A stretch of 64,000 nucleotides of DNA from the NCBI GenBank assembly GCA_043745805.1, contig JAYTSD010000038.1, forward strand, positions 1-64,000. Direction: 5' to 3'. Below, one piece after another: positions 29,093 to 38,394 of the stretch. The notes below the pieces were generated by a model, which saw only the letters and a program-made list of their open reading frames with translations, made no database searches and was not told where the DNA came from. A program made the translations under genes and the position numbers. Source of the DNA: Fibrobacteria bacterium. Lineage in GTDB: Bacteria; Fibrobacterota; Fibrobacteria; UBA11236. Positions within the stretch are counted from its first letter, which is position 1. Each line of letters begins with the position of its first letter.

Positions 29093-30364
29093 ATGCTTAA
29101 AGTGGCCGCCATAGAATCCGAATCCGATGCTTATAAGGCAGGATTAAAACCCGGCGACAAAATTTTAAAAATCAATGGAGAAGAAGTTCGCGATCGTTTG
29201 GATTTCGAATTTTATCGTACCGAAGATTTTTTAGAGATGGAAGTTATGCGAGGAGAAAAGCTTCTGCAAATGGAAGTGGAACGCACCGAAGGTCAAGTTT
29301 TAGGCATTGAACCTGAAGTCATGAAAATTCATTTATGCAAAAATAATTGCGTATTTTGTTTTGTACATCAAACACCACGCGGCATGCGGAAATCGCTGTA
29401 TGTGAAAGATGAAGATTATCGCTATTCTTTTTTAGATGGTCATTTTACCACTTTGTCGAATATGACAGAAAAAGAATGGGATAGAGTTTTAGATCAAAGA
29501 TTATCGCCTCTATATATATCCGTGCATTGCACGGATGTACAGCGTCGCGCTGATATGCTTAAGAATGATAAGATCGAACCTATTTTAGAGCGACTAGCTT
29601 GGTTGCGCGATCATGATATTGATTTTCATACGCAATTAGTAATTGTTCCGGAATGGAATGATAAAGAATTTTTAGAAAAATCATTAGCGGACTTGCGTAG
29701 CTTTTGGCCGAGTATGCTTTCCATTTCTGTAGTCCCAATTGGATTGACGGCGCATCGTAAGAATTTACCCGATCTACGTTCTTTTATTTATGAAGATGCT
29801 GTCGATTGTTTAGAGAAAGTAGAGCGCCACGCACGCGAAACGAAAGCCGAAACAGGCGAACAATTTATTTACCCTTCCGATGAGTTGTATGTACTTGCTA
29901 AAAGAGAAATGCCACCGTCTGAGTTTTATGGAGACTTTAATCAATATGAAAATGGCGTGGGTACTTTGCGTGCCTTGATGGATGACTTTCAAAGAGAATT
30001 ACCCTTTTTGCCGCAAGCAAAAAATGATTGGGATGTAACAGTATTAACCGCGCCTATCGCTTCGGAAACAGTTAAAGGACTTTTGGAAGAATTGCGTTTA
30101 AAAAAAGGCCTGCAATACGAAATGATTATTTGTGAAAACTTCACTTTTGGATCAATGGTTACCGTAACCGGCCTATTATGTGGAAAAGATTTTGCTAAGG
30201 CCTTAGAAAAAAGTAAGGGTAAGGGTCCTATTTTACTTCCGCCCAATAGTGTCAATCGCGAAAATATTTTCCTAGATGACATGACTCCTGCCGATTTAGA
30301 AAAACGTTTTGGTCGCAAGGTAATTATTCCCAATGGCTTTCGTGATTATTTCCCACAGGGGTAA
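29093..30364 (+). CDS. PDZ + DUF512 radical-SAM-like Fe-S protein
   Basis: AGLKPGDKI (PDZ), CKNNCVFC, KDEDYRYSFL, QYENGVG, TVTGLL.GKD. Confidence 0.88.
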   Translation: MLKVAAIESESDAYKAGLKPGDKILKINGEEVRDRLDFEFYRTEDFLEMEVMRGEKLLQMEVERTEGQVLGIEPEVMKIHLCKNNCVFCFVHQTPRGMRKSLYVKDEDYRYSFLDGHFTTLSNMTEKEWDRVLDQRLSPLYISVHCTDVQRRADMLKNDKIEPILERLAWLRDHDIDFHTQLVIVPEWNDKEFLEKSLADLRSFWPSMLSISVVPIGLTAHRKNLPDLRSFIYEDAVDCLEKVERHARETKAETGEQFIYPSDELYVLAKREMPPSEFYGDFNQYENGVGTLRALMDDFQRELPFLPQAKNDWDVTVLTAPIASETVKGLLEELRLKKGLQYEMIICENFTFGSMVTVTGLLCGKDFAKALEKSKGKGPILLPPNSVNRENIFLDDMTPADLEKRFGRKVIIPNGFRDYFPQG

Positions 30365-30365
30365 T

Positions 30366-31142
30366 ATGCGTGTTATGATTAAGCTTTGTGTTTTAATAGG
30401 CTTAGCTCTATTATCTTATGCGCAAGCTGAAGGGGAAACCGATTCTTCCGATACACCTCCCATTCGAATTCCTGAAATTTCCGGCCCCGTTTATCAAGTG
30501 GTACGCTCCATCCCTTATCCAAGCCGCAGTGTATATGTGGCTAAGGGGATTTTGGGAGGCATTGGTTTTGGTAAAACGCAAAATATCGCCGACACCGGCT
30601 CCTTATTTTTGTGGCAAGGAGAAATGAGTTATTTTTACAAGCCCTATTTTTCGGCGGGATTAGGTGGTAAAATTGCAGCTGGCGAACCTTCTAACAGTGT
30701 ACAAGTGGTGCAAAATCGTTATTTTATTTTTGGACGATTTCACCTGAATGGTTCCCAATTTGCAGCTTTTTTAGGACCTCAAATTGGATTAGATAATTTG
30801 AATATTTTTAATGGCAAAACAGATACTGCCTTGCACAACTCGGATTTAGATCAAAGTACGGATTTAGGTTTGGGATTACAAAGTGGTTTTGGCTGGAAGT
30901 TTAGTCGCTGGGCGGGTTTAACTGGAGGTGGTAGCTTAGAATACACCACAGGCGATCAAACCTTAAATTTGCTCTTTAATCCGGGCTTAGCTATCGATAT
31001 TTTGTCCTTCTTTAATAAGATGCGTGAACAAGTTCCGGCCTGTTATTTTTTTTCCGAATATGAATTTCGCTATTTGAGTTTAGCCAAGCCAGGCCACCGC
31101 GATGTTAGGGCTTTTATCTTTGGTTTGGGCGTGGCATTTTAG
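30366..31142 (+). CDS. Hypothetical outer-membrane beta-barrel protein
   Basis: Signal peptide after ATG 30366; alternating Gly/aromatic strands; C-terminal GLGVAF. Confidence 0.65.
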   Translation: MRVMIKLCVLIGLALLSYAQAEGETDSSDTPPIRIPEISGPVYQVVRSIPYPSRSVYVAKGILGGIGFGKTQNIADTGSLFLWQGEMSYFYKPYFSAGLGGKIAAGEPSNSVQVVQNRYFIFGRFHLNGSQFAAFLGPQIGLDNLNIFNGKTDTALHNSDLDQSTDLGLGLQSGFGWKFSRWAGLTGGGSLEYTTGDQTLNLLFNPGLAIDILSFFNKMREQVPACYFFSEYEFRYLSLAKPGHRDVRAFIFGLGVAF

Positions 31143-31154
31143 CCGGCTTAACTC

Positions 31155-31291
31155 TTGCAAAAACAGACACTTCTAAATACCTTTGCCGCTCCTGTTTGAG
31201 TTCTAAAGGTTCTTAAACAGTTTTCACATCAACCTGTCCCGTAAAAGTCGGGACCGAAGCGTGAAGAACGCGGGGCCAAAGGAAGGTACAC
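31155..31291 (+). promoter_or_regulatory. rpsF promoter and structured 5' leader (candidate S6:S18 autoregulatory RNA)
   Basis: TTGCAA-N17-TACCTT; hairpins CTGTTTGAG/CTTAAACAG, GTCCCG/CGGGAC, GCGT/ACGC; ACCT can pair with AGGT of the SD region. Confidence 0.55.
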
Positions 31292-31654
31292 TTGAATAAT
31301 ACTTATGAAACAGTAGTTGTCGTCGATGCGATGATTCCTGATGAAAGCATTCAATCCGAATTCGATGCCATTTCCAAATTGATCGAATCACAAGGCAAAC
31401 TCATTCGCATGGATCGTTGGGGCAAGCGTCGTTTAGCTTATTCCATTCGTAGAAAATCGCATGGGGAATATGCCGTATTTTATTATGAAGTAGGCAGCGC
31501 TTTGCCTGCGGAGCTCGAAAAACGTTTTCGTATCAATGAAAACATTTTGCGTTGGTTGACTATTGCCGACAATCCAGCGGGCATTCCCGAATTAAAAAGC
31601 GAATCTGTAGTAGATGCTATCGAAGCAAATGCTGAGAAAAAAGGAGAACTATAA
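31292..31654 (+). CDS. rpsF: 30S ribosomal protein S6
   Basis: [24 protein letters not shown] start. Confidence 0.95.
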   Translation: MNNTYETVVVVDAMIPDESIQSEFDAISKLIESQGKLIRMDRWGKRRLAYSIRRKSHGEYAVFYYEVGSALPAELEKRFRINENILRWLTIADNPAGIPELKSESVVDAIEANAEKKGEL

Positions 31655-31905
31655 TGATGGACGCAAGAGGCGGTAAAGAAGCCAAATCCAAAAAGAAGAA
31701 AATCTGTTATTTTACCGAAAACAAAATTCCTTATATCGATTATAAGGACGAAAAACTTTTACGCAAATTTGTAAATGAACGCGGTAAAATCGTTTCCCGT
31801 AAGCTTTCCGGTACATCCGCAAGCTATCAACGTCAATTAGCCACCGCCATTAAACGTGCTCGTCATTTGGCTTTACTGCCATATGTCGCCGAGAATATGC
31901 GCTAG
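31654..31905 (+). CDS. rpsR: 30S ribosomal protein S18
   Basis: IDYKD..LLRKF..ERGKI, QRQLA.AIKRAR.LALLPY. Confidence 0.97.
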   Translation: MMDARGGKEAKSKKKKICYFTENKIPYIDYKDEKLLRKFVNERGKIVSRKLSGTSASYQRQLATAIKRARHLALLPYVAENMR

Positions 31906-31914
31906 GAGAGAATC

Positions 31915-32367
31915 ATGGAAGTTATCTTAAAAGAAGAAATTCAAGGTTTAGGAAAAGCCCTAGAAGTTGTTAAAGTTAAAAATGGCTTTGCACACAACTT
32001 TTTGTTTCCCCGCAATAAAGCTGTTTTAGCCACGAGCACTTCCAAAAAAACTTTGGAAGTAGAACGTGTTAGAGCCGCCAAACGTTATGCAGGTGAACTT
32101 GCAGCTATCGGCGTATTAGCAGAAAAAATGAAAGATATTTCTCTCACTATCGCTGCTAAAGTGCATGAAGGTGAAAAGTTATATGGTTCTATTCAAGCTT
32201 CCGATATTTCCGCCAAGCTCAAAGAGATTGGCTATGATGTCGACAAACGTGCAGTATTATTGGCCGAACCGATTAAGCAACTTGGAATGTATACTTTGAA
32301 AATTCAATTGCATAAAGAAATTGAAACCAAGGTTAAACTCTGGGTTATTAACGACGAAAGCAAATAA
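31915..32367 (+). CDS. rplI: 50S ribosomal protein L9
   Basis: MEVILKE.I.GLG...VKVKNGFA.NFL.P, KLYGSI, PIKQLG. Confidence 0.97.
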   Translation: MEVILKEEIQGLGKALEVVKVKNGFAHNFLFPRNKAVLATSTSKKTLEVERVRAAKRYAGELAAIGVLAEKMKDISLTIAAKVHEGEKLYGSIQASDISAKLKEIGYDVDKRAVLLAEPIKQLGMYTLKIQLHKEIETKVKLWVINDESK

Positions 32368-32384
32368 AGCAAATTTGTTAAATC

Positions 32385-33194
32385 ATGCCTGCTGTTAATA
32401 TCATTGTGCTTGGCCCCAAGGGGCGCATGGGACAAATGGTACTTTCAGCATGTGCAAAAATTTTGCAAAAAAATCCTACGGCATTAAAAGTCGTCGGTGC
32501 AATTTCCTCCCCCAATTCTTCGACGATTGGTCAAAGTGTTGGGGTAGAAGGCTTAGATTTAAAAATTTCCGGTGATTTGGAAGCTGTACTTACTCCGAAC
32601 TCCGTGATTATTGATTTTACTAGTCCGCAAACTTCCTTACAAACCTTAGCTTTAGCCGAAAAAAAAGGTGCAGGCGTGGTGCTTTGTACTACGGGTTTTA
32701 CTGATGCGGAAAAAGAAATTATTCAAGCGACCGCTAAAAAAATCCCCATAGTTTTTTCTCCCAATATGAGTATTGGGGTAAACTTGATGTTTAAAATTAC
32801 CGAAATGGTTGCTCTCGCCTTAGGTGATGATTTCGACGCAGAAATAATTGAAGCGCATCACAATCAAAAAAAAGATTCTCCTAGCGGTACGGCTTTTGGT
32901 TTCGCGGAAGCTATTGCTCGCGGTCGAAACATTAAACTTTCCGAAAAAACTAATTATGGCCGTGAGGGTTTAGTGGGTGCAAGACCAAGAGGCGAAATTG
33001 GTATTCACGCCGTGCGAGGTGGGGATATTGTGGGTGACCACACCATTTTATTTGCAGGCGATGGTGAACGCATTGAATTAAAACATATGGCACACAGTCG
33101 CCAAACCTTTGCTCAAGGTGCCGTAAAAGCCGCATTATTTTTAAAAGATAAAGGCCCTGGAATTTATTCCATGTCCAATGTCTTAGGGCTTTAA
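32385..33194 (+). CDS. dapB: 4-hydroxy-tetrahydrodipicolinate reductase
   Basis: GRMG, IDFT.P, TTG, PNMSIGVN, EAHH.QKKDSPSGTA, RGGDIVGDH. Confidence 0.96.
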   Translation: MPAVNIIVLGPKGRMGQMVLSACAKILQKNPTALKVVGAISSPNSSTIGQSVGVEGLDLKISGDLEAVLTPNSVIIDFTSPQTSLQTLALAEKKGAGVVLCTTGFTDAEKEIIQATAKKIPIVFSPNMSIGVNLMFKITEMVALALGDDFDAEIIEAHHNQKKDSPSGTAFGFAEAIARGRNIKLSEKTNYGREGLVGARPRGEIGIHAVRGGDIVGDHTILFAGDGERIELKHMAHSRQTFAQGAVKAALFLKDKGPGIYSMSNVLGL

Positions 33195-33313
33195 ACAAAA
33201 ATCCTTGTTTTTATCGCTTTCCCAAGCCATACTTCTTGTTGAACTGTACATACTCTTGTATATTCCCAGAAATAGATTCATTCCAGCCATGGGCTGCTTT
33301 TTAGAGGTCTAGT

Positions 33314-34513
33314 TTGAGTAGTAAAAAATCCGTTTCCGGCATTTTGTTTTTATCGGCTTTAAGTTTAGCCGTGTTAAAAATCCATGCGGCCGATGCACCG
33401 GTTATTAATACCGTTTCCGCATCTCCCAATAAAACGATCGCAGTCGATAGTGCATCAATGCCAAAGCGCATAGAGCCCGCAAAAGTGATTGTTTCCGTCG
33501 ACAGTAACAAGAACGTCACGACTGCGGCGAAGCCCGATACCACAAAAATTTTATCAGATAACGGTCCCGCTAAACCGGATTCACTAATGCACAGTAGTGG
33601 AAATACTATTGCTAAAAATGATTCTTTAATAAAAGTTGATTCTGTGGCGGCGGCAACGCCTAAAAAACGTGCTCGCATAGTGCGTGAAACCACGGTTAAT
33701 ACTATAGATGAACTCAAAGGAAAATACCGTTCACCCAAAAAAGCCTTGTTTATGTCCTTAGTTATTCCTGGTCTTGGGCAGGCTTATGTTGGAAGCTATG
33801 CGCGAGGTATAGCTTATGCTGCGATTGATGTGGGGCTTATGATAGGTTGGCATCATTATGTGGTCACGAAATACGATAGGCAAGTGTCCCGCTACCAAGT
33901 TTTTGCCGATAGCAATTGGAGACAAAGTCGTTACGAAACGGAGATTACGCAAAATCCCAAGACCGCAGGAAAAACTCCTGCGGAATTTAAAAAGATGAGT
34001 GAGCATCGTGAATCTTATTGTGACGCCATTCAAATCGGGTCCTCTAGTGATCTTAAAAAAGCGTGTACGGATTTAAATATGCAAAGTTTTAAAGAATATA
34101 ATGATGCGAATATCTCCACCGATTCGGTTTCCCAATTGCGTAGTAATTTCAAAGATACCAGAGGATTTTATGAACTAATCGGTAAAGATCAAGAGTTTTT
34201 TGCAGGTTGGTCGGATGTTAAAAATATTGTCTATACCGACTCTTCTATCTCAGGATCCAGTGACTTACGTGATACCTATGTTTCTATGCGTAAAACAGCT
34301 ACGGATTATTCGCGACTACAAGCTTATTTTTTAGGTGGGATTGTGATAAATCATATTGTTTCGGCGATTGACGCTGGGCTTTCCGCTCATTATCACAATA
34401 AGGCTCTTTATCAAACGGAAGTGCGCTGGTATGATAAAATTCGGCTCCAAAGTTATTTGGCTTGGGAGGGAAACCTTCCCACACCAACCGTCAACGCAAC
34501 CTTAACTTTTTAA
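33314..34513 (+). CDS. DUF5683-like exported/membrane protein
   Basis: Signal peptide, Pro/Ala/Lys/Asp-rich linker, SPKKALFMSLVIPGLGQAY, N..VSAIDA, C-terminal F. Confidence 0.6.
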   Translation: MSSKKSVSGILFLSALSLAVLKIHAADAPVINTVSASPNKTIAVDSASMPKRIEPAKVIVSVDSNKNVTTAAKPDTTKILSDNGPAKPDSLMHSSGNTIAKNDSLIKVDSVAAATPKKRARIVRETTVNTIDELKGKYRSPKKALFMSLVIPGLGQAYVGSYARGIAYAAIDVGLMIGWHHYVVTKYDRQVSRYQVFADSNWRQSRYETEITQNPKTAGKTPAEFKKMSEHRESYCDAIQIGSSSDLKKACTDLNMQSFKEYNDANISTDSVSQLRSNFKDTRGFYELIGKDQEFFAGWSDVKNIVYTDSSISGSSDLRDTYVSMRKTATDYSRLQAYFLGGIVINHIVSAIDAGLSAHYHNKALYQTEVRWYDKIRLQSYLAWEGNLPTPTVNATLTF

Positions 34514-34514
34514 C

Positions 34515-35264
34515 ATGTTTCGCATCCTCTTTTTGCTTTTGGCTTTAGGGTTAGCCCAAAGCAAAGTAAACGCACAAGTTATCTTAGAAAACCCTTCTCT
34601 GGATAATGATAGTGATGGTCTCACCATTGAAGTGGATCAAAGTAAAAGTAAAAACGAAGGTAAATCACTCGGCATAGCGATGGCATTATCCGCTATTTTG
34701 CCCGGTGGTGGTGAATACTATTTACAAAATAAAACGCGAGCTAAAGTTTTCTTCTTAACCGAAACTGGATTTTGGGCTTCATTATATGTGTCTTGGATGA
34801 CTAAACAATCGTATTTGCAAAGCGCACGTAATTATGCTTCGGCTTATGCGGGCATTGATGCCAGTCATAAAGGGGAAGCATTTTTGGAATTAATGGCGAA
34901 TTACCGTTCCTATTTGGAAAAACAGCATCGCCAAGACAGTTATGAAATCGCGCAAGAACTGAGCAGCAAAACGCCTTCTGAATTTGAGTTTGCTCCAGTC
35001 CCAGAAAATTATTGGGATTTTGGGAGTTCGAATACACCAGAAAATACAGCGCATTGGAAAACTTATCAGCATACTTTGCGTTATTATCGTGGATCTAAAG
35101 TGGCCATGTCTTTTGCAATAGGGGCTTTAGCTTTAAACCGATTATCTTCTTTAATTAGCACTTTAAATCTTTATAAAAGAACTAGTGTGAGAACAGTGGC
35201 TTTGGATTTTATACCCGAATTAGGCCCCGAAAGCACTGGGGCTAGGTTAACCTTGACTTTTTGA
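34515..35264 (+). CDS. Second DUF5683-like protein
   Basis: KSLGIAMALSAILPGGGEYY, LNRLSS, C-terminal LTLTF. Confidence 0.55.
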   Translation: MFRILFLLLALGLAQSKVNAQVILENPSLDNDSDGLTIEVDQSKSKNEGKSLGIAMALSAILPGGGEYYLQNKTRAKVFFLTETGFWASLYVSWMTKQSYLQSARNYASAYAGIDASHKGEAFLELMANYRSYLEKQHRQDSYEIAQELSSKTPSEFEFAPVPENYWDFGSSNTPENTAHWKTYQHTLRYYRGSKVAMSFAIGALALNRLSSLISTLNLYKRTSVRTVALDFIPELGPESTGARLTLTF

Positions 35265-35306
35265 ATAACCCTTGTTTTTTTTTGTGGGTTGAGTTATTAT
35301 AAAATT

Positions 35307-35366
35307 ATGTTTACAACACAACAGTCACAACTATTACTCTCGCTGCTTTTTAGGAACTCTAGGTAA
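35307..35366 (+). CDS. leuL: leuA attenuator leader peptide MFTTQQSQLLLSLLFRNSR
   Basis: Five Leu codons (CTA TTA CTC, CTG CTT) in 19 aa, directly before a terminator and leuA; promoter TTGTTT-N17-TATTAT at 35272-35300. Confidence 0.85.
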   Translation: MFTTQQSQLLLSLLFRNSR

Positions 35367-35390
35367 AGAGGAGTGTTCGTGTTTTGTTTT

Positions 35391-35420
35391 AAAGCCCGCT
35401 CCTAGGAGTGGGCTTTTTTT
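35391..35420 (+). terminator. Attenuator terminator upstream of leuA
   Basis: AAAGCCCGCTC-CTAG-GAGTGGGCTTTTTTT. Confidence 0.85.
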
Positions 35421-35461
35421 ATTTCTCAATATTTTTTCAAGGTTCAATTGAAAGGTTCATT

Positions 35462-37021
35462 ATGTCAAACGAGTCAAAAAATCGAAAACCTTTTTTCTAT
35501 GACGTAACTTTACGCGATGGAAACCAAGCTTTACGTCATCCCTGGAATGTGAATGAAAAAGAATTGGTATTTAAACAATTACTCAAATTAGGTGTGCAGG
35601 GCATTGAAGTGAGTTATCCTGGCGCTAGTGAAATGGATTTTGCCGCAGCGCAGCATTTGGCAAGATTGGCACCCGATGACGTGGTAGTTGCAGGTTTGGC
35701 GCGCGCCGTAGAACGCGATATATCCATGGCTTGGGAGGCTATTCAAGATGCTCCTCAACCACGCATTCATATATTTTTAGCCACTAGCCCTTTTGCCATG
35801 GAAAATGTTTTGCGCATGGAGCCACAAAAAGTAAAGGCCAAAGCGATAGAAGCGATTGTCTATGCCAAGTCCTTGATGAAGGGTAAGGGTAGTATTCAGT
35901 TTTCCGCGGAACATTTTGGGGATTGTCGTGAAAATATGGATTTTGTAATTGACGTTTTTCATGAGGTAACGCGTGCGGGAGCTACGGTTATTAATTTACC
36001 CAATACGGTTGAGCGCTATCGCCCTCAAATATTTGTAGACATGGTTAGGCAAGTGGTATTGGCATTGCCTTCGGAAGTTACCGTAGCGGTGCATACGCAT
36101 AATGATTTGGGTATGGCTACTGCGACTACTGTCGAAAGCTTTTTTGCGGGTGCGACGCAATTGGAATGTGCTTTAAACGGTTTGGGAGAACGTGCGGGAA
36201 ATACCAATATTTATGAAGTAGCCATGGCTTTATATAACTGCGAAGTCTCTATGCCTTTGCGTATGGAAGAAATTTATGAAACAGCTTTATTGGTTTCGGA
36301 ATGGTCAAAAGTAGCACTTTATGAAAAAGCACCCTTAGTGGGTGCCGATGTAGTGGCACATCGCAGTGGCATACATCAAGATGGGGCGACCAAAACTAAG
36401 GGTATGAAAAAAGGGGCTTATCGCGCCTTTGAAGGTGATATTATTGGGCGTAAAGAAGCGGATCGCCTTGTTTTTACGAGTCAATCGGGTAAATCGGCTG
36501 TGTATGAAATTGTGAAAAGCTTGGGGTTACCTATTACTCTTGAAGAAGCCGCTAGGCTTCAGCCGGTTTTGAAGAAAATTTCGGAAGAAACGCAGGGTGA
36601 ATTAAATGACACGGAAATTTTACAAGCCTATGATCAGGAAATATTAAATGTGGCGGGGCCTTTATTTTTGAAAGATATTCGGGTGGACATAAGGGAAAAA
36701 GAGTTTGTGTTTTCCTTTACTTATCAAGGCAAGGATCATGAATTAAAAGGTCAGGGTACAGGGCCTATCGACGCTTGTATGAATGTCTTAGAGCAGATTG
36801 GATTGTATTTTCATTTATTGGAATACACACAAATTGCCATGGATATAGAGCATTTGGATTTCGCGGCATATGCACTTTCCGAAATTAAATTACAAAGGAA
36901 GGTTTCGGCACAAGGTCAAAGCGAAGGACCAATTGTTATTGGCCGCAGTAAAGATTTGGATACTTTAAAAGCAAATGTTCGAGCCTTATTTCATGGGGTC
37001 AATCGCTTATTACAAGGGTAA
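35462..37021 (+). CDS. leuA: 2-isopropylmalate synthase
   Basis: DVTLRDGNQ, HTHNDLG, GLGERAGN, H.SGIHQDG, C-terminal G.GPIDA regulatory domain; Leu attenuator upstream; start ATG 35462. Confidence 0.9.
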   Translation: MSNESKNRKPFFYDVTLRDGNQALRHPWNVNEKELVFKQLLKLGVQGIEVSYPGASEMDFAAAQHLARLAPDDVVVAGLARAVERDISMAWEAIQDAPQPRIHIFLATSPFAMENVLRMEPQKVKAKAIEAIVYAKSLMKGKGSIQFSAEHFGDCRENMDFVIDVFHEVTRAGATVINLPNTVERYRPQIFVDMVRQVVLALPSEVTVAVHTHNDLGMATATTVESFFAGATQLECALNGLGERAGNTNIYEVAMALYNCEVSMPLRMEEIYETALLVSEWSKVALYEKAPLVGADVVAHRSGIHQDGATKTKGMKKGAYRAFEGDIIGRKEADRLVFTSQSGKSAVYEIVKSLGLPITLEEAARLQPVLKKISEETQGELNDTEILQAYDQEILNVAGPLFLKDIRVDIREKEFVFSFTYQGKDHELKGQGTGPIDACMNVLEQIGLYFHLLEYTQIAMDIEHLDFAAYALSEIKLQRKVSAQGQSEGPIVIGRSKDLDTLKANVRALFHGVNRLLQG

Positions 37022-37034
37022 CTTGTAATCTAGT

Positions 37035-37067
37035 CTTGAGATCTGGAGGTTAACTCTGGGTCTCAAG
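37035..37067 (+). other. 14-bp RNA hairpin downstream of leuA
   Basis: CTTGAGATCTGGAG-GTTAA-CTCTGGGTCTCAAG; all three non-Watson-Crick positions are G-U on the + strand. Confidence 0.55.
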
Positions 37068-37124
37068 TTAAGTCGAAACATCTACAAGACTGTAACATAG
37101 ATAAGCCGTCCCTTGAAAAATCTC

Positions 37125-37153
37125 TTGACGTGGGTTAACCTATGAGTTAACAT
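37125..37153 (+). promoter_or_regulatory. Sigma70 promoter overlapped by a candidate operator
   Basis: TTGACG-N17-TAACAT containing GTTAAC-N6-GTTAAC (37134-37151). Confidence 0.65.
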
Positions 37154-37241
37154 TTGAGAGAACACGAGAATTTTCTGCTCAGTGCAGAGATTTTAGCGTT
37201 AACACTGGGGACTTTCCCCTTAACCCAATTTAGGAGATATT

Positions 37242-37565
37242 ATGTCAAAGGCAAAAAAATCCAAAGCTGCTCCCGCAAAAAAAGTGGCCGCCAAAAAACC
37301 TGCTAAAGCTGCGAAGCCTGCTAAAGCTGCTCCAGCCAAAGCTAGCGCTGCAAAATCTGCTGGTCCAGCAAAAGGATCCGTTGGCGAATTGATTCGTAAA
37401 TCCCGCGAAGCTGCAGGTATTTCACAAGAACAATTGGCTGATAAATTAAACACCAAACGCACAGCTATTTCGCGCATCGAAAACCATGCTGATGATATTA
37501 AACTTTCCACTTTGGAACGTATTTCCAAAGCTTTGGGCAAGGAATTGAAAATTAAAATCGGCTAA
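37242..37565 (+). CDS. XRE-family HTH protein with histone-H1-like Lys/Ala/Pro N-terminal tail
   Basis: AGGAG RBS; MSKAKKSKAAPAKKVAAKKPAKAAKPAKAAP... then IRKSREAAGISQEQLADKLNTKRTAISRIEN...LSTLERISKALG. Confidence 0.88.
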   Translation: MSKAKKSKAAPAKKVAAKKPAKAAKPAKAAPAKASAAKSAGPAKGSVGELIRKSREAAGISQEQLADKLNTKRTAISRIENHADDIKLSTLERISKALGKELKIKIG

Positions 37566-37574
37566 GAGCTTCAA

Positions 37575-38279
37575 TTGCTACCCAGCATTTTGATTCCCTT
37601 ATTAAATAGTTTGCTGCGTTTGCGGCAAACTATTTCTTTTTCTGTATTTCCATCTATAATTTTAGTGCTCATTTCGCTTTTCACTTTACCCCATGCAGAA
37701 CGAAAGCCGGTGGCTTTTGGCTTACTTGGCGGCCTCGGCGGAACTAGTTTTTGGGGAAATGATGTGCATGATTTTGCCATGGACATAGCTCCTACTGCAG
37801 GATTCACTTTAACTGGACATTTACCTGAATTCATAGGCATAGAAATAGACGCTTTGTATTCCGTGAAAACGGGTTCATTTCGTAAATTTTTGAATGACAA
37901 GCAAACGCAAGTATCTAGCGTTAAAATTCACTATCTCGAATTTCCATTATTATTAAAAATTACAGCTCCTACTGAAGGGGAAGTACATCCTATTTTCTTT
38001 GGAGGACCGGCTTTAAGTCGTGCCATAATTAAAAAAAGTAATACGGATCTAATTAGCATTGGATCGGGTGGCATAATTTCACCTGAGACTTTGGAACCAG
38101 AAATTAAAAAAGAAAATATCGACGATTTTGATTTTAGCTTAATGGTTGGTGGAGGTTTGGAGTGGGGATTGGGAACTTTTCAGCTACGCTTAGATTTGGG
38201 TGAACATTCCATTGATAAAACCAAAGCTTTGGACATAAAGACTTTTCACGTTGTTATGATAGCCGGCTTTATTTTTTGA
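37575..38279 (+). CDS. Outer-membrane beta-barrel protein (PorT/OmpA-like porin family)
   Basis: Signal peptide, FGLLGG, YLEFPLLLK, FFGGP, DFSLMVGGG, terminal F; start uncertain. Confidence 0.7.
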   Translation: MLPSILIPLLNSLLRLRQTISFSVFPSIILVLISLFTLPHAERKPVAFGLLGGLGGTSFWGNDVHDFAMDIAPTAGFTLTGHLPEFIGIEIDALYSVKTGSFRKFLNDKQTQVSSVKIHYLEFPLLLKITAPTEGEVHPIFFGGPALSRAIIKKSNTDLISIGSGGIISPETLEPEIKKENIDDFDFSLMVGGGLEWGLGTFQLRLDLGEHSIDKTKALDIKTFHVVMIAGFIF

Positions 38280-38394
38280 TTCTCCATTTTTGTTCTAGCT
38301 TTGGAGTTTTTCAACGCTATTTTGCAGCTTAATGCTTTTTAGCATAGTCAAGTTTGCAAACTAAGGATATAATTTCCTAAAACCTTGGAGCAGG

